Below, one piece after another: positions 24,637 to 36,200 of a stretch of DNA of 64,000 nucleotides. The stretch lies in contig OZ025691.1 of the NCBI GenBank assembly GCA_964019335.1, positions 124,001 through 188,000 of the forward strand, given 5' to 3'. The notes under the pieces were generated by a model, which was given only the letters and a program-made list of their open reading frames with translations, was not told the DNA's origin and did not search any database. The translations under genes and the position numbers were made by a program. Position 1 is the stretch's first letter, and each line of letters begins with the position of its first letter. The stretch is from Diplonema japonicum (Eukaryota > Protista > Euglenozoa: Diplonemea).

Positions 24637-26376
24637 ATGCCTACGAAAGCTCTCATTTTCGATGTTGGCGGTGTGATAGTCGCGTCCCCTGTTGTCCGGT
24701 TGCGTGAGTACAGTGTGAAGCTTGGTCTTCGCCCTGAACAGGTAGGCGTTGCCATGGGGCAGACAGAGGCGTTTCATAAATTGGAAAAGGGTGAGATCGA
24801 CCCCGGGCAGTTCGCCGAGTTGGTTGTGTCGCAAATGGGAAACCTGCAAAACAAAGTTAACGGTGAAGAGCTCATGCGCTGCATGACAGGGGGCACAGTA
24901 CACATGGACTTGCTGACAGCCATCGCTCAGATCAAGAAGGAGAAGGGCGTCAAGACTGGTATTATTACAAACAACTTCCGTACAAAGGAAATGTTCCACC
25001 TTGTCGAGGTGCTGACCCCTTACTTCGACGACATCGTGGAGAGCTACGCTGTGGGCATGAGGAAGCCCGACCCGAAAATCTTCAAACTGTCAGCTGAACG
25101 ACTAGACGTTGCTCCTGAGGACTGCGTCTTCATCGACGACCTAGGACAAAACCTCAAAGCCGCCAAACAAACCGGAATGCACACCATTAAAGTCACCAAC
25201 AACGACACCATCTCGTTAATACAGGAGCTCGGTAGAATCCTCGACTGGGACCCTAAATCAGCAATGTACCCACCTGCTGTCAACGCAACAGGCGTTCCGG
25301 AACAACACAAACTGAACACCACCACACTCCTCGCGTATCTGCACCAGCAGCTTCCCCACATTGTTTCGAAGTCTGAATCTATCTCCCGGCTTGAATTTTT
25401 CGGCACAGGGAAGTCCAACCCCACATTTTACATCAGACTTGCGAACACTGGCCGTGAGCTTGTTTTGCGGAAGCAGCCGCCTGGTGAGCTCCTCAAGGGC
25501 GCACACTCCATGGAACGCGAGTACTTAACAATGAACAGGCTGAGCAAGCTCAGCGATGTCCCTGCTCCGACTACACATTTGCTCTGCACCGACAAGTCGA
25601 TCGTCGGGACGGACTTCTTCCTGATGGACTACATGCCAGGGAGGATGTGGACGAAGGGCGGCGCGGTTATCAAAACACTCCCGAAATGGCACTTCACCGA
25701 TGCATATGTCGATGCAGTTCGCACACTGGCTAAGCTGCACAAGCTGCCTTATGAAAGGATGGGATTCAAAGCGAAAACCGGAAGCGGGTGTTACTTCGCT
25801 AAAACAATAGACACATGGGAAAGACAGTACCAAGGGGGTGTGAAGCAAGGGGCGCCTCGCGTGGAACCGTTCGAAAAGCTCGCTGTGGAGCTGAAGAAAG
25901 CGTTGAAGGTAGTTGCTTTTGACAGAAACATGAAGACGCTGACACACGGAGACTACAAGCTGGACAACATGATCATGCACCCCATCGAGCCGAGGGTGGT
26001 GGCGTTGCTGGACTTTGAGCTTTCATCTGTTGGGCATCCGTTTAGCGATTTGGGGTACTTCATGATGTGGCACCGCCTGCCTACGATTATCAACGGGATG
26101 GGGTCTCCCGACAAGATCGTCAGCGAGCAGCAGATCACTCAACGTTATGCGGAGGTCACGGGCTTCCCTGCGCTGGCCCAGCGCGACCTTGAGTTCCTTG
26201 TCTCCTTCTCCATGTTCAAGCTTGCGGGCATCGCACACGGCGTGTGGTCTCGTGCCCTCCGCGGGACCGTCTCCAACGTCAGCAAGGGCGAGGAAACCGA
26301 CCGCATGGGGGCAGGGGTCACCACGCTTTCCTCCAACGGTCTTAAAAACCTGAAGAAATACGATGCAAAAATGTAA
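24637..26376 (+). CDS. HAD-like hydrolase + APH/ChoK-type phosphotransferase fusion (N-terminal half of ACAD10), C-terminal PTS1
   Basis: [30 protein letters not shown]; [17 protein letters not shown]...[27 protein letters not shown]; ends -AKM. Confidence 0.92.
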   Translation: MPTKALIFDVGGVIVASPVVRLREYSVKLGLRPEQVGVAMGQTEAFHKLEKGEIDPGQFAELVVSQMGNLQNKVNGEELMRCMTGGTVHMDLLTAIAQIKKEKGVKTGIITNNFRTKEMFHLVEVLTPYFDDIVESYAVGMRKPDPKIFKLSAERLDVAPEDCVFIDDLGQNLKAAKQTGMHTIKVTNNDTISLIQELGRILDWDPKSAMYPPAVNATGVPEQHKLNTTTLLAYLHQQLPHIVSKSESISRLEFFGTGKSNPTFYIRLANTGRELVLRKQPPGELLKGAHSMEREYLTMNRLSKLSDVPAPTTHLLCTDKSIVGTDFFLMDYMPGRMWTKGGAVIKTLPKWHFTDAYVDAVRTLAKLHKLPYERMGFKAKTGSGCYFAKTIDTWERQYQGGVKQGAPRVEPFEKLAVELKKALKVVAFDRNMKTLTHGDYKLDNMIMHPIEPRVVALLDFELSSVGHPFSDLGYFMMWHRLPTIINGMGSPDKIVSEQQITQRYAEVTGFPALAQRDLEFLVSFSMFKLAGIAHGVWSRALRGTVSNVSKGEETDRMGAGVTTLSSNGLKNLKKYDAKM

Positions 26377-26741
26377 TTTTTTTTTTTTTTTCCCTTTCAC
26401 CCCCTTTCTCTTACTTCTCGCCCTCTGCAAAATTCAAAACCCAGAATACAGACAAAAAAAAAAGGAGAGAAAGGGATGGGGATGGGGGTTGGGGGGAGGT
26501 GGGAAGATACACGAGCTCTTTGGAAAAAAAAAAAAAAAAAAAAAAAAAATTCTGTCTCTACCCCTCTCCCCAAGTGTTGCCTGTTTTTCAAATGCAAAAT
26601 AAAAAAAAAAGAAAAGAAAAAGGATTTCGAGGAAGGCGGGGAAAAAAATTTTTTTTATTCCTCTCCCACATCCCCTTTCCCCCCTTTTTTTTTTCGAAAC
26701 AACAAAGATGAAACACCACCACAGACAGACGGGTAGGGGAA

Positions 26742-27585
26742 ATGAGTGGGACACCTCTGCCTATCAAGCAGTCACGCCTCTTTGACCTGGAGGATCAGTT
26801 CAAGGAGTCGCTCATCGTGTACTTGGATTCTCTGGACACAAGCGATGACGACGATGACGAATATGAGGAGCTAGCCGATCTTGCCTACGCACAGCTGTTA
26901 AGCAGTGCAAACAAGGAAACGTTTGAAACCGAAATCCGGGAGTACTTCCCCATCCACAGTGGAGACATCGCGAGGTTTGTATGGGAAGACCTGGTCAGGT
27001 TGGACGGGGGTACTGATGATGAAGAAAAGGAACAAAACACAGAAGAAGCCTCCGAGGAGCCCGAACCAAAACACGAAGAAGAACAGGAGGAGGAACATAT
27101 AAAGACCCCCGAAAAAGACGAGGAAAAAGAGGAACCGACAACAGAACAAAAACAAGAAGCCCCTGAGGAAACTCGCAAAGAGAGCCCGGTGAAAAAGGAA
27201 TTGAAACAAGAAGGGATAAGGACCCCACCGCCCCCTCCACCACCACCTCCAATTGAGACAAAGGAAACCCATCCCGTCAAAGGAAGTGGTTTCATAACAC
27301 CAGAGCTGGCCCAGCCTTGCAAGGCAAACGAGGCGCAGGTGATATTCACAAGAGAGATGTCCGAACGGACGGGATTTCACATTGTGGAAACGGACTGCGG
27401 GGTTGTTCTGCAGAAGGTGGACCCGGGTACTGCGGCCTGGAGGTGCAACATGCAACAGTTTACAGGGTGTCGTTTGCTGCGTGTGAACGACGCACCAGTG
27501 CAGTCTATTCAAGAATGCCTTGTCTTCTCCAGAACCCTCCGGCTCGTCTTTATCTTCGAGAGTTCTGCACCCTCAAGCAACGGGA
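26742..27585 (+). CDS. Hypothetical protein with PWI-like N-terminus and PDZ-like domain, truncated by the assembly gap
   Basis: Acidic helical N-terminus (FV..LW-like) and PDZ-like TGFHI..V..VDPGTAA..G..LLRVND.PV. The ORF runs into the N gap. Confidence 0.65.
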
Positions 27586-27785
27586 NNNNNNNNNNNNNNN
27601 NNNNNNNNNNNNNNNNNNNNNNNNNNNNNNNNNNNNNNNNNNNNNNNNNNNNNNNNNNNNNNNNNNNNNNNNNNNNNNNNNNNNNNNNNNNNNNNNNNNN
27701 NNNNNNNNNNNNNNNNNNNNNNNNNNNNNNNNNNNNNNNNNNNNNNNNNNNNNNNNNNNNNNNNNNNNNNNNNNNNNNNNNNNNN
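27586..27785. other. Assembly gap (200 N)
   Basis: Run of N. Confidence 1.
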
Positions 27786-28350
27786 AAAAAGAAAAAAGGA
27801 AAAAAAAAGCAAGAAAGAAGTGTTTCATTACTTTACGTTAATCAGTAAGAGAGGGAGATGGTTCTTTTTTTTTTTTTTTTTTTTTTGTTTAAAGGGGCGA
27901 GAACAAAAAAAAAGAAAAGAGAAGCGGGAAGAAAAAAAGAAAATTGCCCCCACTCCCAAAAAAAGAAATCTATGCAACTCAGCTACTCAAACAAAATAAA
28001 ATATAAATCTCATTTTCTCTTCTCTCTGCCTTTTTTTTTTTTTTTTTCTCCTCTCCCCCCCCCTTATCTTCTTCCATCCTCCCCCCCCCCCCCCCCCTCC
28101 CCCTTTATGGTTTCAAGTTTATTCAATGTTTGTTTTTTTTTTTTTCCTATTTATTTTCTTCTTTTTGATTTGTTTTATTTGCTATGAAATGAGGAAAAAA
28201 AAAGGGGGGGGTGGGAGATGACACCCCCCTTCTTAAAACATTTTTACGCTCTTGCTATCATTAGAAAGAAGAAGAAAAAGGAAGAGAAACGTTGCAATTT
28301 TGTTGAATTTTTCATCATCAGCAGCACAACGGGGAAAGCAAGGGGAAAAC

Positions 28351-28387
<37 letters not shown>

Positions 28388-28562
28388 CCAAAAAATGACG
28401 TGGACGGGGTACTAAAACTAGCGTAAAGCAGAGTACCGAACTCCACAGTTTTTAAACCCTTTCGTCTCATGGAATTTTCTTTTTGCCAGCAACTCGACGG
28501 TGGTGGGGAAACATAGTTCAGCTTTGTACCCCCCCTTTTTTTTTCTTCCCTTCTAAACGTTC

Positions 28563-28583
28563 TTGGATTGTTCACCCACTAAC

Positions 28584-28627
<44 letters not shown>

Positions 28628-28641
28628 TTACCCTACTGATG
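28563..28641 (+). rRNA. Isolated fragment of cytosolic LSU (28S) rRNA, peptidyl-transferase centre (H92 A-loop to H93/H73); not a complete rRNA gene
   Basis: TTGGATTGTTCACCCACTAACAGGGAACGTGAGCTGGGTTTAGACCGTCGTGAGACAGGTTGGTTTTACCCTACTGATG is the conserved eukaryotic LSU domain V sequence. The flanks are not continuous rRNA. Confidence 0.92.
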
Positions 28642-30204
28642 GAGAGAGAGCCTAGCAACATACGGCCTGTTTTTTCTTTTTTTTTTTTTTTTTTTTCTTC
28701 CCCCCCCTTTTTTTTCTTTGGTTTGGAGACAACATGAGGAAAGATTAGCTGTCTCAAGTCGTAACGACGTTTTTTTTTTTTTTTTTTTTCTTCTCCCCAC
28801 CCCTCCTTTCTTTCTCTCCTGTTCTTACGTACGGCCCGTCGTGTGCAAAACAGGTTGTTTCGATAATCGAGATTTTTTGTGTTCCAAGAGGCCTAGGGAA
28901 TGTTGTCCCTCTCAGGGGTTTTTACCACCCTGTCAGACAAAGCCCAGTATTTTTTTTTTTTTTTTCCTTCTTCTTTACCTAGTAGGGAACGTGGGGTTGC
29001 TGCATGCTCAGTTGTGATTTACCATAATTCTTCATCACTCCCCCCCCCCCCCTTTTTTTTCGCTAAACAGTCATTATCGATAGCCAACAAGGGTAGAGGT
29101 AGCATTGGGGGTACTTTTCTTTTACAGGAACCTACCCGGTTTGCAAGGAAAAAGAAAAAGAAAAACAGTGTGATCAACCTGGTTTCTTCTTCTTCTAATG
29201 TGTGCTGCCCAGCTCGGCTTGGAATGGACTTTTCAAACAAAAATATAAACGTTTCTCCCCTCCCTGCAGGGAAGGGGGAAACGATAGCAAGACAACACCG
29301 CAAAAAAACAGAGGGGAGATTTATATATAAAAAAAAAAAAAAAATAAGTAAAAAAAAAAGATGGCGCTTTGTTTGTGAAAAAAAAAGTTTTTTGTGTTTA
29401 CCGAATGGAGAAAAGAGTGAGAAAAATAAAATAAAAAGAGAAAGAAGAAAGAAAAAAAAAAAGAAAACAATTTGCACGAGAGGAACCAGCAGGCGAGCGT
29501 TTACGTTTTACGACAAAAAAGATCCAGTGAAAGAAGGAGAGAAGGGGGGGAAAAAATATTTTCCCTTCTCCTCTTTCGTTTTGATGCAAGTCAGCGCGCA
29601 ATCTGCTTCCCTTCCTTTCACTCGACTCGGCTGGTACAGAGTACGTATTTCATGAGTTCAGAGTTTTCGTCACAACTCACAAAGTCTTGGCTTACAAGCA
29701 CGTAGCTCGTTCGCGAAAAGAGAAAGAAAAAAAAAAAGAAAAAAAGTGGGAAGTGCAAGATCAGTTTCCGAACCCTGTAGACGATTTCATAACGGTACTG
29801 GCGGCAGGGGAAGAACAACAAAGGAAGAAAGGAGAGGGGGGGGGGGGGGGGGGGGGGGGGGTTTCCCCTCTTTCTTTTACTTCCTTTGTATTTTTTTTTT
29901 GTTTGTTTCTTTGTGTTTTGAATGACGCTGTGGGTTTGTTTACTCTACTCCCCTTTTCTTCGACAAATAGTACGAAATCGAATCGCTACCACCATTGCCG
30001 GGCCTCGGCTCAGAATGTCTGTTTGTACGTGCCGGGTAAAACCTGGAGAAGTTCTTGCAAAAAGAAAAGCAAGACGCAACTAAACCATCTCTCATTCCTT
30101 GTGGCATCCTTACACCGCTGAGGGTATACAATAAGAGCATATCTACCCCCTCCCTTCCCTTCCCTTCCCTTCCTACCTGCTTACACGTACGAGTAATTCG
30201 AGTA

Positions 30205-30242
<38 letters not shown>

Positions 30243-30430
30243 CTTCCCCCCCCCCCCCCCCCTTTGGACAATAAATCAAAAAAAAAATCTACACCATTGA
30301 CTTCGTCTGCCGCATGTTTCGCGTCGCGCCAAAGACCTTCGCAGTCTCGATCAGCTGGAACGGAACCGAACGATTTAAAAGAAAAAAAAAAATCTCTTTT
30401 TTTTTTTTCTTCTTCTTTCCTCTTCCGGAA

Positions 30431-32463
30431 ATGATGACCCATCCTGCACCACAGGAGCAAAGGAGCGAGGGGAGGGGTGCTTGCACAATGGCGGAAACCG
30501 TGACCAAAAAGTCCTCGAAGGACGATCTTTTCGAAGCTGTGAAGAAATGGCAGAAGCGGGCAACGGAGAGCGAGACAAAGCGGCGGAGCTTGCAAGACGC
30601 AGTCAATGAAATGGAAAGCAGGATCGACGGCTTGATGATGCAGGTCCAACTATACAAAGAGAAGGACAAGGAGTCCACAGAACGCCTCAAAACCGTGACG
30701 CGGCAAAACGAAGAGCAAGACCTGCTACAAGCAAGCCTGGACTCCCTGAACACGAAGTGCAAGGAGGACGCCGAGAAGATCACATCTCTCGAAGAGAGGA
30801 ACAAGGTCCTTGACAAGGAGAACGCCACGCTGAAGGCGGCGACGTCAGGCCTCACAGATGTGAAGATGGACCTGAACCTCGACACCTACAACACACCGCA
30901 GCTCCAGGAAGCCGTACGAGAAAGGGAGCAGCAACTGCGCGAGGCACAGGGCACCGTCGAGGAGTTCCAACTCCGCCTGCAGAACCTCACCAAGTCCCAC
31001 GAGGCCTTCATAGAACAAACCAGAACAGAAACAGAAGCTGAGGTAACACGCAGAGTTGAGAGCACCATTCAAGAGCTCAACAAACAGAAGTCCGAATGGG
31101 AGCAGGACAGGACAGCCATGGTCGAGACACACGTGCGGCAGCTCACAGAGCTTCAAACTATGTACAACGAGCTGAAGGAAGGCCTTGAAAAATCGCAAGC
31201 GTGGACCGCGAAGGACAAAGAGGTGCAGCGTCTGAAGGAAGAAATAGAGAAAATAACAAACGAGTACAACACGCAAGCCGACAGGCTCACCGAGTTCAAG
31301 AAGTACCAAACAGACTGCACGCTCAAGGACGAGCTTATCGCCAACCTCAGGGACCAGATACTAGAGGCCGAGGGTGACATGGCGGAGACACGCACGCTGT
31401 GCATGCAGGCTCTAAAGCAGGCTGGCAAGCCCGAGGGCAGGAACGCAGCTCCCTCTACAGATGGCTCTTCGTCTGCGTACTTGAAGGGCAGCGTGAGCAG
31501 TGCAGCGTCAAGCGCCTCGATGACGCCGCCCCCGTCACCGAAGGAAAAGTCTGATCTCTTTGACATCGCTCTCTCAGGGCGCGCGAAGTCACGGCGCGAA
31601 GTGGAGATCGAGAAGCAGCTCTCACGGTTCAAATCTAGAGTGCGTGCAGACGAGGCTGCCAGACAGCGCAACATGGACGAGGTCGAGTCCTACCGTGCGG
31701 ACTATGTCAACGCCCTCATCACAGAAGTCGAGACACTGCGCAAGACAGCGGCAGACAAGTCGGCAGCACCTTCGGGAGACGTTGTGCGCATGCGGGGCGA
31801 GTTCCAAAGAGAACGCGAGTCCTGGGAAATGGAGAAAATGGAGCTGGAGAAAAAGCTCCAGGAACAGCAGGTATATATAGTTTTAGCCCATCATCAACGA
31901 TGAAAACCTATCTACAGGTGCAGACAACGGACAGTTCGGTGTCTAGAGTGGAAGTGGCGGAGCTGCAGGAGCGCTGCTGCAAGCTGGTATGTGGGAGAAA
32001 CTATTTTATATCTGCACAGGAGGACGTCGAATTGGAGAAGGAATTGTTGGAGAGGGAAGTGGTAGAACTGAAGGAGGGGCACGAGGTGAAGGAAAGGGGA
32101 TTTTCTGGGAAGATCGAGGCGATGAGGCAGCAAGTCGAAGAGTCAGAAGATAAAGGGAAGAAGCTGCAAGAGAAGTTTGCGGACATGGAGGCGACGATGG
32201 GGGTGTCGTTGCAGGCGGCTCAGAAGCTGCGTGAGGCAGAGATCACCATCGCACGGTTGACAGCCGAGATGGAGACTTTGCGGGCAAGCCCAGACAATAC
32301 ATTGCCGAAGTTTCTGCGTGAAAGCAGGTCGCCTCCATTGAATCTATCTCCACCGCCTGAAGAGCTCATCTCTACGAAGGAGGCCCTCGCCGTCGAACGA
32401 AAGGCACGGCTCGAAGCCGTTCGCCAGCAACTCCGCTCCACCATGCGCCCCACCGCTACGTAG
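30431..32463 (+). CDS. Long coiled-coil protein; introns 31871-31917 and probably 31987-32019
   Basis: Heptad-rich ORFs joined by a frame-restoring GT-AG intron. The start is ATG 30431 or 30488. Confidence 0.8.
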
Positions 32464-32531
32464 TGTTGCACATGGTTCCCAGTGTTCAAAAAAAAAGGGG
32501 GTGGGGGAAGGGAACTGAAAATACACGCCAT

Positions 32532-32581
<50 letters not shown>

Positions 32582-32632
32582 GCTATCTTAATCGTCCCTT
32601 GTTTCCCTTTACTCCCTCCCAATAGGTTCCAC

Positions 32633-33076
32633 ATGGAAGATGGAACGACCACCCCGCACCCTGTCAGCATCCCTGAGGGGTACCGTGATGCGTTTGTCGC
32701 GTTGAAAGACATCAACGTGTACTTTTTCGAGCCGGTGGACAAGGTGCAAAAGAACAAAAAAGGCGTACAACGTAGGGTTGCTGTCGTTGTGAATGGAAAA
32801 GTCTTTATGGCACAGACTGACGGAGACATTTCCAGGGCTGTGGACTTTGAAACTATATCTGGGATGACTGTATGCGATTCGCAGCAGGAATTAACCTTAA
32901 CTATATCGGGGCAGTTTGATCTGTGTGTCCGGACTCCAGAATATGAGACACTTCGGCGCGTTCTGATCGCGTTCGGTGTCGGTGCACGTGAGGAAGCAGG
33001 GACACCGGGACAGGTGGTGACACACGAAGAGAAAGAAAAACCGAAGAAAAAAAAGAAGAATTGTGTGATTGCGTGA
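32633..33076 (+). CDS. Small PH/myosin-TH1-like domain protein, paralogous to the N-terminus of the next gene
   Basis: YFFEPVDKV..QRRVAVV..GDISRAVD..QFDLCVRTPEY aligns with FFFGVVDKY..EKRVVAV..GDISRCID..QYDLCIQTPEY. Confidence 0.7.
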   Translation: MEDGTTTPHPVSIPEGYRDAFVALKDINVYFFEPVDKVQKNKKGVQRRVAVVVNGKVFMAQTDGDISRAVDFETISGMTVCDSQQELTLTISGQFDLCVRTPEYETLRRVLIAFGVGAREEAGTPGQVVTHEEKEKPKKKKKNCVIA

Positions 33077-33245
33077 ACACAGTGACTTATTCTAACCATA
33101 GGCTTGATATTGAATTTCCTTCTCTTTCTTTTTTCACAGTGAGCACCCCCATGCACACTGAAATTTTATCGAGTTTTTTTTTTTTTTTTTATATTCTCAG
33201 AACAAGGAAAGGGGGAGGAGGGGGGGGAAGAAGAGTGAGAGATCA

Positions 33246-36200
33246 ATGTCGCACCTTCAGAGGGTTGGTGTCCCGAGGGAATTCTCCGACTCATTCTCCG
33301 CCTTGAAATCGGTTCCCTTGTTCTTCTTCGGGGTTGTGGACAAGTATAAAAAGAGTTGGAAGGTGGAGAAGCGTGTGGTGGCTGTCACAGACTACTACCT
33401 GTACACGGCCAGGACTGGCGGAGACATCAGCAGGTGCATCGATTTGAAGATGATTTCAGAAGTTTTTGTGAATGATTCGCAGCACCAGCTCGCGCTCAAG
33501 ATACCGCGGCAGTACGACCTGTGCATACAAACTCCGGAGTACAGGAAACTGGCTGACGTTCTTGAAGTTTTGATACAAGGAACGAAGAAAGATTTCGTGC
33601 TGACAGTTCTGCCGCCCAATGTAAGGGTGGGGAGTTCTCAGTACCCGGTACAGCTTCAAAGACCTTCCAATTATAAGTTAGAGATCAAGAACGAGGAAAC
33701 TGTGCTCGCAGATGACACAGTTACCCCACGTGAAGAAGAAAGGGTTGATGAGGGTGTTAGACAACCGACACCTTTGCCTGCATACAGGCCTAGCGTCACA
33801 CCTTCAGTTCCTTCAATAGTGGATGAGCTTGAGATGCATAGTCGCTACATGCCCGAGCCGGCTGAGAAGCAGCAGTCTTTCCCTCAACCTCCTCAGTCTA
33901 CACAAGAGGTAATGCAGCATCATCAGCAGTCGCATCCTCATTACCCTTCCAACCCAGCTACGCCTCATGCGGTTGCACCTCCAGCTCCTCTTCCTCCTGC
34001 GCAGGAGTTGTACACAGTCCAACCTACTTCATCCATTGTTACCGTAACTGCCCCTGTCATGTCCCATAACCCCGCATTGCCTCCCACAAAGCACGTCCAT
34101 TCCACCTTTGGTTCTCATCAACCTGAGCCCATCCTCAACGCCCAGGTTTCTCACTCCCCCAGAGATGTTGTGCAAAACATGAGCTCCCTCCTTCCCCCCT
34201 ACCATGGTGTCGAGGCAGACAGGAGCTCAACTATCACGGTCCATGTCCCCGTCTCGCAGGACACAAAGAGGGAAACCTTCACCCCGTACGCTTCAACGGA
34301 TTATCCCACTGGCTATATCCATGAGCACCCGTCTGTCCACACGCAAGAGCCCGCTCATCCTAGCTTAATAGAGAACATGGTGAATGCCATTGATGCTCCT
34401 GCCGGAATCGACCCTATAGGGCGATGGCCAGGAGTGACCACTCCCATGCTACAACCGGAAGCTAACCCTGACATGACGATGAGGACGTGTGATACTGTTC
34501 CCGAAGACGCACCGACTGTGGTGTCGTCAAGACAGCCGACACCGCAGCAGCACTCTGTAGATCCCGTTCAGCCTGTGCGCCGCACCCCTGTGGAACTGCC
34601 TCTCCAGCCTCAGGTTGAGAGCAGGCAGCAAACACCACTTATGCAACCAACACCACCAATGCAGCCAGCAATGCAGCAGACACCACCAGTACAGCCAACA
34701 CAACAACCTGTGCAAACAATGCACCCGGAATTCGAGCAGTCTCAACCCCCACTTACTCAACTGCTAAGGGAGGAAAGTAGCGCAACTGTTCACTCACAGT
34801 GGCACTTGGAGAACACCACGCCTCACTTGCCAAGTGCTTCGACACCCTTAGACGCTCACCAGGCAGCTGTTACTCCGGCGCAGCTCACTCCACTCCTTTC
34901 GGTTGCCGACATGACAGATGAGATCGCCCTACCGCAAGCTAACATTGATACCTCCCTAGATCTCCCTAGCAACTTGCCGGACACAAGTATTGACGACCAA
35001 GTGCACCCTCTAGAGGCGTTTAAGCCCTCTGCTGTCGAAACGACTTCTGCTTCTTTCTTGCCACAAGACGTGCCTAAACCTGTGACCGTGCCCATATCTG
35101 TCAACGTTGATGATGTGAACCGCATGGCGTCGCCACCCCCTGACTACGTGGAGCTGCCATGGGGAAAGCACAGCCCCGCAGGGAAGCTTGCTGCTCACGA
35201 ACACCAAAGGGCTCAAGAAGCCGAATTGCGTGCTGCCCGATTGCTGAGCGAAATTATGGAGGGTGGTGCCGCATCTGAACCTCCTGCTAGAGCAAGCCCC
35301 ATGTCGGTACCAGCATCGGGATACCAGCCAGTGAACAACGGCTTGACATCAGTGCGAGGCGTATCACCCCCACGGCCAGGGCGCAGTGAAACGCCTGTTG
35401 CAGCTTCGCCACGAACGGGGGTTAAGAACATGCTTAGTGATCTCCTTGCCGCCCCCGATACACCACCGAGGGAGTCCTCTACACGGCGCAACTCACTTGA
35501 ACTGGGGCTGCCTGTCGATGCGAGCTGGCCGAGTAGTTTGTCTCAAGACGTACGTGCGAAGCTAAACCAGGCTCTGAAGTGCGACACGGCGGCGGCCATT
35601 GGCATTGCTCCTCATCAAGTTGAAATAGACGCCTTTATGGACATGAACGGCACAGCAACGGTGTGCTTTGCGCTAAACAGGCCCGACGAGAGGGACGAGG
35701 ATATCCTCTCTGTAAGGTACCAGGAGATGAGCGTGCACAGTAGAATCCCCATTCCCGAAACCATGAGAATCATCAGGGACTTGGGAGGGCTGCATCCAAT
35801 CGACAGGTCACGCAGGGCGTCTGCCAGCCAGGCGTCTGCCACACCTCAAATGATGTCGCATTCCCAGCTCTTACAGAGCCGTTTTGAACTCCAGGAAAGC
35901 ACAGCTGCCAGCAGCTATGATGGGAGGTACTGCAGTCCAGAGTCTGTCGAGAATGCGTTGTGGAACCCAAGAGGTGACACACCATCAGATGCTGCAGAGC
36001 AGCAAGTCATGCAAGCTGAACAGCGTGCAGCGGACCTTCTGTCGGCACTGCAGCATGACACGCAGGCTCTGCAAGCGGACCTTCAGAACCAGCTGGGTGC
36101 GATCGAGGAAGAAAGACAGAAGAAAGACACCATCTCAAACGAAGTGAGCAAACTGAAACAAGAGCTGCGCGACATGACCAACAAGGACTTTGAAAGGGTA

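Noticed and set aside
28563-28641. A functional rDNA unit at this locus
   Set aside because: The rest of the LSU, the 5.8S and the SSU are absent as continuous sequence.
28731-28765. U6-like AAGATTAGC and SSU-like AAGTCGTAAC motifs
   Set aside because: Matches of 9-10 nt without surrounding U6 or SSU context are expected by chance given the many motifs considered.
28900-29655. ORFs rich in poly-K/F/P/G here and in other spacers
   Set aside because: They are translations of homopolymer runs, not credible proteins.
30364-30381. AACCGAACGATTTAAAAG resembles the 5' half of the diplonemid spliced leader as I recall it
   Set aside because: Has an insertion, lacks the 3' half and splice donor, and is AT-rich. 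Not supportable as an SL gene or relic without a search.
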